This document shows, in pieces, positions 60,765-64,000 of a stretch of 64,000 bases of DNA. Each line of letters begins with the position of its first letter. The stretch's first letter is position 1. The position numbers and the translations under genes are program-made. The notes under the pieces were generated by a model. That model saw nothing but the letters and a program-made list of their open reading frames with translations. It did not search any database and was not told the DNA's origin. The DNA is from Felis catus (lineage: Eukaryota). The stretch covers positions 21,764,001-21,828,000 of the forward strand of contig NC_058369.1 in assembly GCF_018350175.1 (NCBI RefSeq), given 5' to 3'.

Positions 60765-61395
60765 ATACATAACCAAAGTTACCATTTTAGCCATATTTAA
60801 GTGTAAAACTCAGCAGCATTCAGTACATTCACAATGCTGTATAACTACCACCATTATCTACTTCCTCACTCACAGCCCCTGATAATCTCTATTCTACTTT
60901 CTGTTCCTATGAATTTGCCTACTCTACGTACCTCGTTTAAGTGCAATCATATACTTGGCCTTTACTTACTTCGCTCTTGACACAGTGTCCCCAAAATTCA
61001 TCTATGCTGTATCATTTCCTTCCTTTTAAAAACGCTGACAAATACTCCATTTGTATGCATATACCACATCTTGTCTACCCATTCATCTGAGCATTGACAC
61101 TTGGGCTGTTTTCACCTTTTGGCTATTGTGAATAATGCTGCTACAAACACTGGTGTAAAGTATGTTTAATCCTTGTTTTCAATTCTTTTGGGTATATACC
61201 CAGGAATAGAATTGAGGACCTTCCAAACTGTTTTCCAAAGCTGTTGCACCATTTTATATTTCTACCAATGATGCAAAATGGTTCTAACTTCTCCACGTTC
61301 TTGCCAACACATCGGCCATTTGTAGATTTGAAAAAATGACTATGCAAGTCATTTGCCCATTTTTGAGTTGGGTTAATTCTCTTTTTATACACGTT
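60765..61395 (-). mobile_element. Old L1 (L1M-type) fragment in DCP1A intron
   Basis: TTGGCTATTGTGAATAATGCTGCT...TTTTGGGTATATACCCAG; degenerate ORF2-end peptide in ORF 61141-61392. Confidence 0.75.
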
Positions 61396-63209
61396 ACGTC
61401 TAGAACAAAATGGTCAAGACTGCTTGGCAAAAAGTACTGGAAAACTACACTAATTTTTATTCATTAATACAAATTATGTCAATCTTAACCACCACATCCT
61501 GTTTTATATGTATGTATATACACACAAAACAACGTGTGGATGTACATACTTTGAGAAATACAGACCACATTGGGGCTATTCTACTTTGCAAAAACTTGAG
61601 TCTTTCCCAGGTAAGAATACAAATATTTTACATTATAAGAAAAGGAGCAATCAAACAACACGACATAGAGATAACTCAACATGAAATACACCTTTGGCTT
61701 CAAAAATGGCATGATTCAGGTAGCAATTTTTACCTGTCTAGTGGAACATAAATGGACTTTTGAACAATTAAAATTACCTGCATGTACATTTTGAATGTTT
61801 TTACACTTATGCTTAAAAAAAAAAAAGTATTTCTAAGAGTTTAAAATTGACTTCACGTTAAAAAATGAAACTGGGGCACCTGGGTGGCTCAGTTGAAGGA
61901 CTGTCCAACTTAGGCTCAGATCATGATCTTGCTGCTCATGAGTTCGAGCCCTGTGTCGGGCTCTGTGCTGACAGCTCAGAGCCTGGGGCCTGCTCTCTCT
62001 CTGCTCTTCCCCCACTTGCACTCTCTCTCAAAAATAAATAAACATTAAAAAAAAAATTTTAAAAAGAAAAAAAAAAAAAAAAAAAAAAAAGAAACCATAT
62101 TGGAGAGCCCTGAACCCTGATTGCAAAAGTAGCAGAAAGCTTCGAGATTTCTCCATGCAGCCTCCCTACAACTTCTGCCAGGTCAGAAACATTCTCAGAC
62201 TGTGTCTGGAATAGGACGTGTGGTAATTCATTAGGGTTTCAGAGGAATCTCTGTAAGAAGAGATAAACGAAGTTACGACAGCAGGAAGACTGACCTCAGA
62301 CAGGACATGTACTGTGTGTGTGTGTGTGTGGGGGGGGAGATCCCTGTGCTGCACACCTGACACGCATCACTCATCAGTGAGGGCAGTGCTAGTAGCACTG
62401 CCACTTTGTAGGTGACACCCGAGTACGACAGACCCAGACTCCAACCCAGTGCTAACAGTAAGTCCATGCTCTTGACCCTTATCCCCCTGCACTGAGATGT
62501 CGAGTAAGTATAGTCTAGGACACCTACTCAACTGGATAATGATAAGGACTTCCGGAAAACAGAGATACACCTAAGAGATGGCTACAGGTCAAACCGTGCC
62601 CAACTTTTGGAAATATGTACCCGGCTGCTGAATCAGTCACAAGAGACACGCGAACGAAGCATGCTTCTCCACACAAAAGCTTTACGGTCTCTGCATTTGA
62701 GAGGACCCTTCTACCTTCTGCCCAGGACAAGAAAAACTGGCTGCACTGCTCTGGTACTTGGACTACTTATTCATGGATTCATCTCACCTCATCCACAGAA
62801 AAGGGAAATTTTCTTCTTCCCTCATGTCTGAATATGCTTCAAATCTGGACTCCATGTTTTGCAATGCTTCCCTTACATCAAGGGTTAGTCTCACCATTCT
62901 CCCTGTGAAATGGGATTCTGGGAGGAAGAGTATGTGCACTGCCAAATTCCAATATACTGAATTAGGCTTTTCTATTCCTTCCTCACTCCACAGCTCTTGT
63001 CACTTAGGGAATTTCCTATTTCTGTCTGGACCTATGGTGTCCATGTCAGATTTCCGACCTGGTCAGTGTACTGGGCACACCAGAAGCTATGTATTATTTA
63101 GGAACCAAAAGCAATATAAAACATACCAGGGAAATAGTCCCAAGGGACTTGTGAATTGTGAAACTGAAATGGAACTGAATATTATCGGGACTTGACAGCA
63201 TTTGCTCCT

Positions 63210-63227
63210 CAGCACCAGGTGGCAGCA
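63210..63227 (+). promoter_or_regulatory. Candidate CTCF site
   Basis: CAGCACCAGGTGGCAGCA closely matches CCASYAGRKGGCRS. Confidence 0.45.
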
Positions 63228-63611
63228 TTACTAAACACGTGTACAATCTGTGTGGAGGGTTGATTATGGATTTAAGCTAATTTTAGTCAATCACATGGCT
63301 TCTGACAATATCCAGATCACTTTGACCTATAAACTGGGATCTCAGAAGACTGTGAGAAGGAGGGAATAGCGGCAGCACTATTCTCACGGGAGGGTACAAT
63401 TCTCTGTGTGCCCAGCGAAACCCTGTGCGCCCACAGATCCAACACCGGAGCTTTTGCTGACAGGCTGAGCAGCTACAGCTCGTCATACTCCCCTTCATCT
63501 TTCCTTTCTTTCTTTCTTTTTTAAGTTTATTTATTTTGAGAGAAAAAGAGAGTGTGTGAGTGTGTGAACAGGGAAGGGACGGAGAGAAAGAGAGGAAGGG
63601 GGGGGAGAGAA

Positions 63612-63672
<61 letters not shown>

Positions 63673-64000
63673 GCCTCACGCAGGCTCTGAGCCGTCAGGG
63701 CAGAGCCCAATGCCGGGTTTCAACTCATGAACCGTGAGATCATGACCTGAGCCGAAATCAAGAGTCGGACGCTCAACAGGTGGAGCCACCCAGATGCCCC
63801 TCACACTCTTCCTTCATCTTTCAATGGACAGTGTTTTATGGTTCTTAAGGCATTCTTTGGGGTCCATTTCTCACTCCCCCTGTTATTAACTTGGTTTGAA
63901 AGTTTATTACAAAGAGTCTCTAATGTATAATACAATGGAAGCTATGCATAAAAATAAATGTCTTTAAACTTAATGATTAAGGGGCGCCTGGGTGACTCAG

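Larger units (their letters stand above)
58670..64000. mobile_element. Can-SINEs in the large DCP1A intron (~58670-58905 -, 60275-60498 +, 61873-62090 +, 63510-63800 -, 63981-64000 + partial)
   Basis: Consensus heads and tails; (GA)n expansions. Confidence 0.88.

Overview
Mammalian genomic DNA, almost certainly from a felid, judging by roughly 45 tRNA-derived Can-SINEs including young SINEC_Fc-type copies. It holds a complete 14-exon transketolase gene (TKT, minus strand, ATG at 25899, stop at 147-149). The exon lengths sum to 1872 nt (623 aa plus stop), all introns are GT-AG, and the promoter is a CpG island. It also holds the last four coding exons and a ~3.9 kb 3'UTR of DCP1A (minus strand), matching the TKT-DCP1A gene order in human. 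The ~22 kb between the genes is repeat-rich. It contains a decayed two-LTR endogenous retrovirus (tRNA-Leu primer-binding site, polypurine tract) with nested insertions, a related solo LTR, an MLT2 LTR, and L1/L2/MIR/MER5-like fossils. I found no prokaryote-type or wholly new gene system. Best leads: (1) DCP1A has Arg at the position of the JNK/ERK site Ser315 and Ile at P2 of the reported coronavirus protease site Q343; (2) a SINE target-site duplication copied the TKT exon-10 splice donor; (3) perfect NRF2/MAF elements flank TKT exon 5; (4) the provirus structure; (5) a 110-bp tandem duplication in TKT intron 1. Comparisons to human proteins and repeat-family names are from memory and need alignment or RepeatMasker confirmation.
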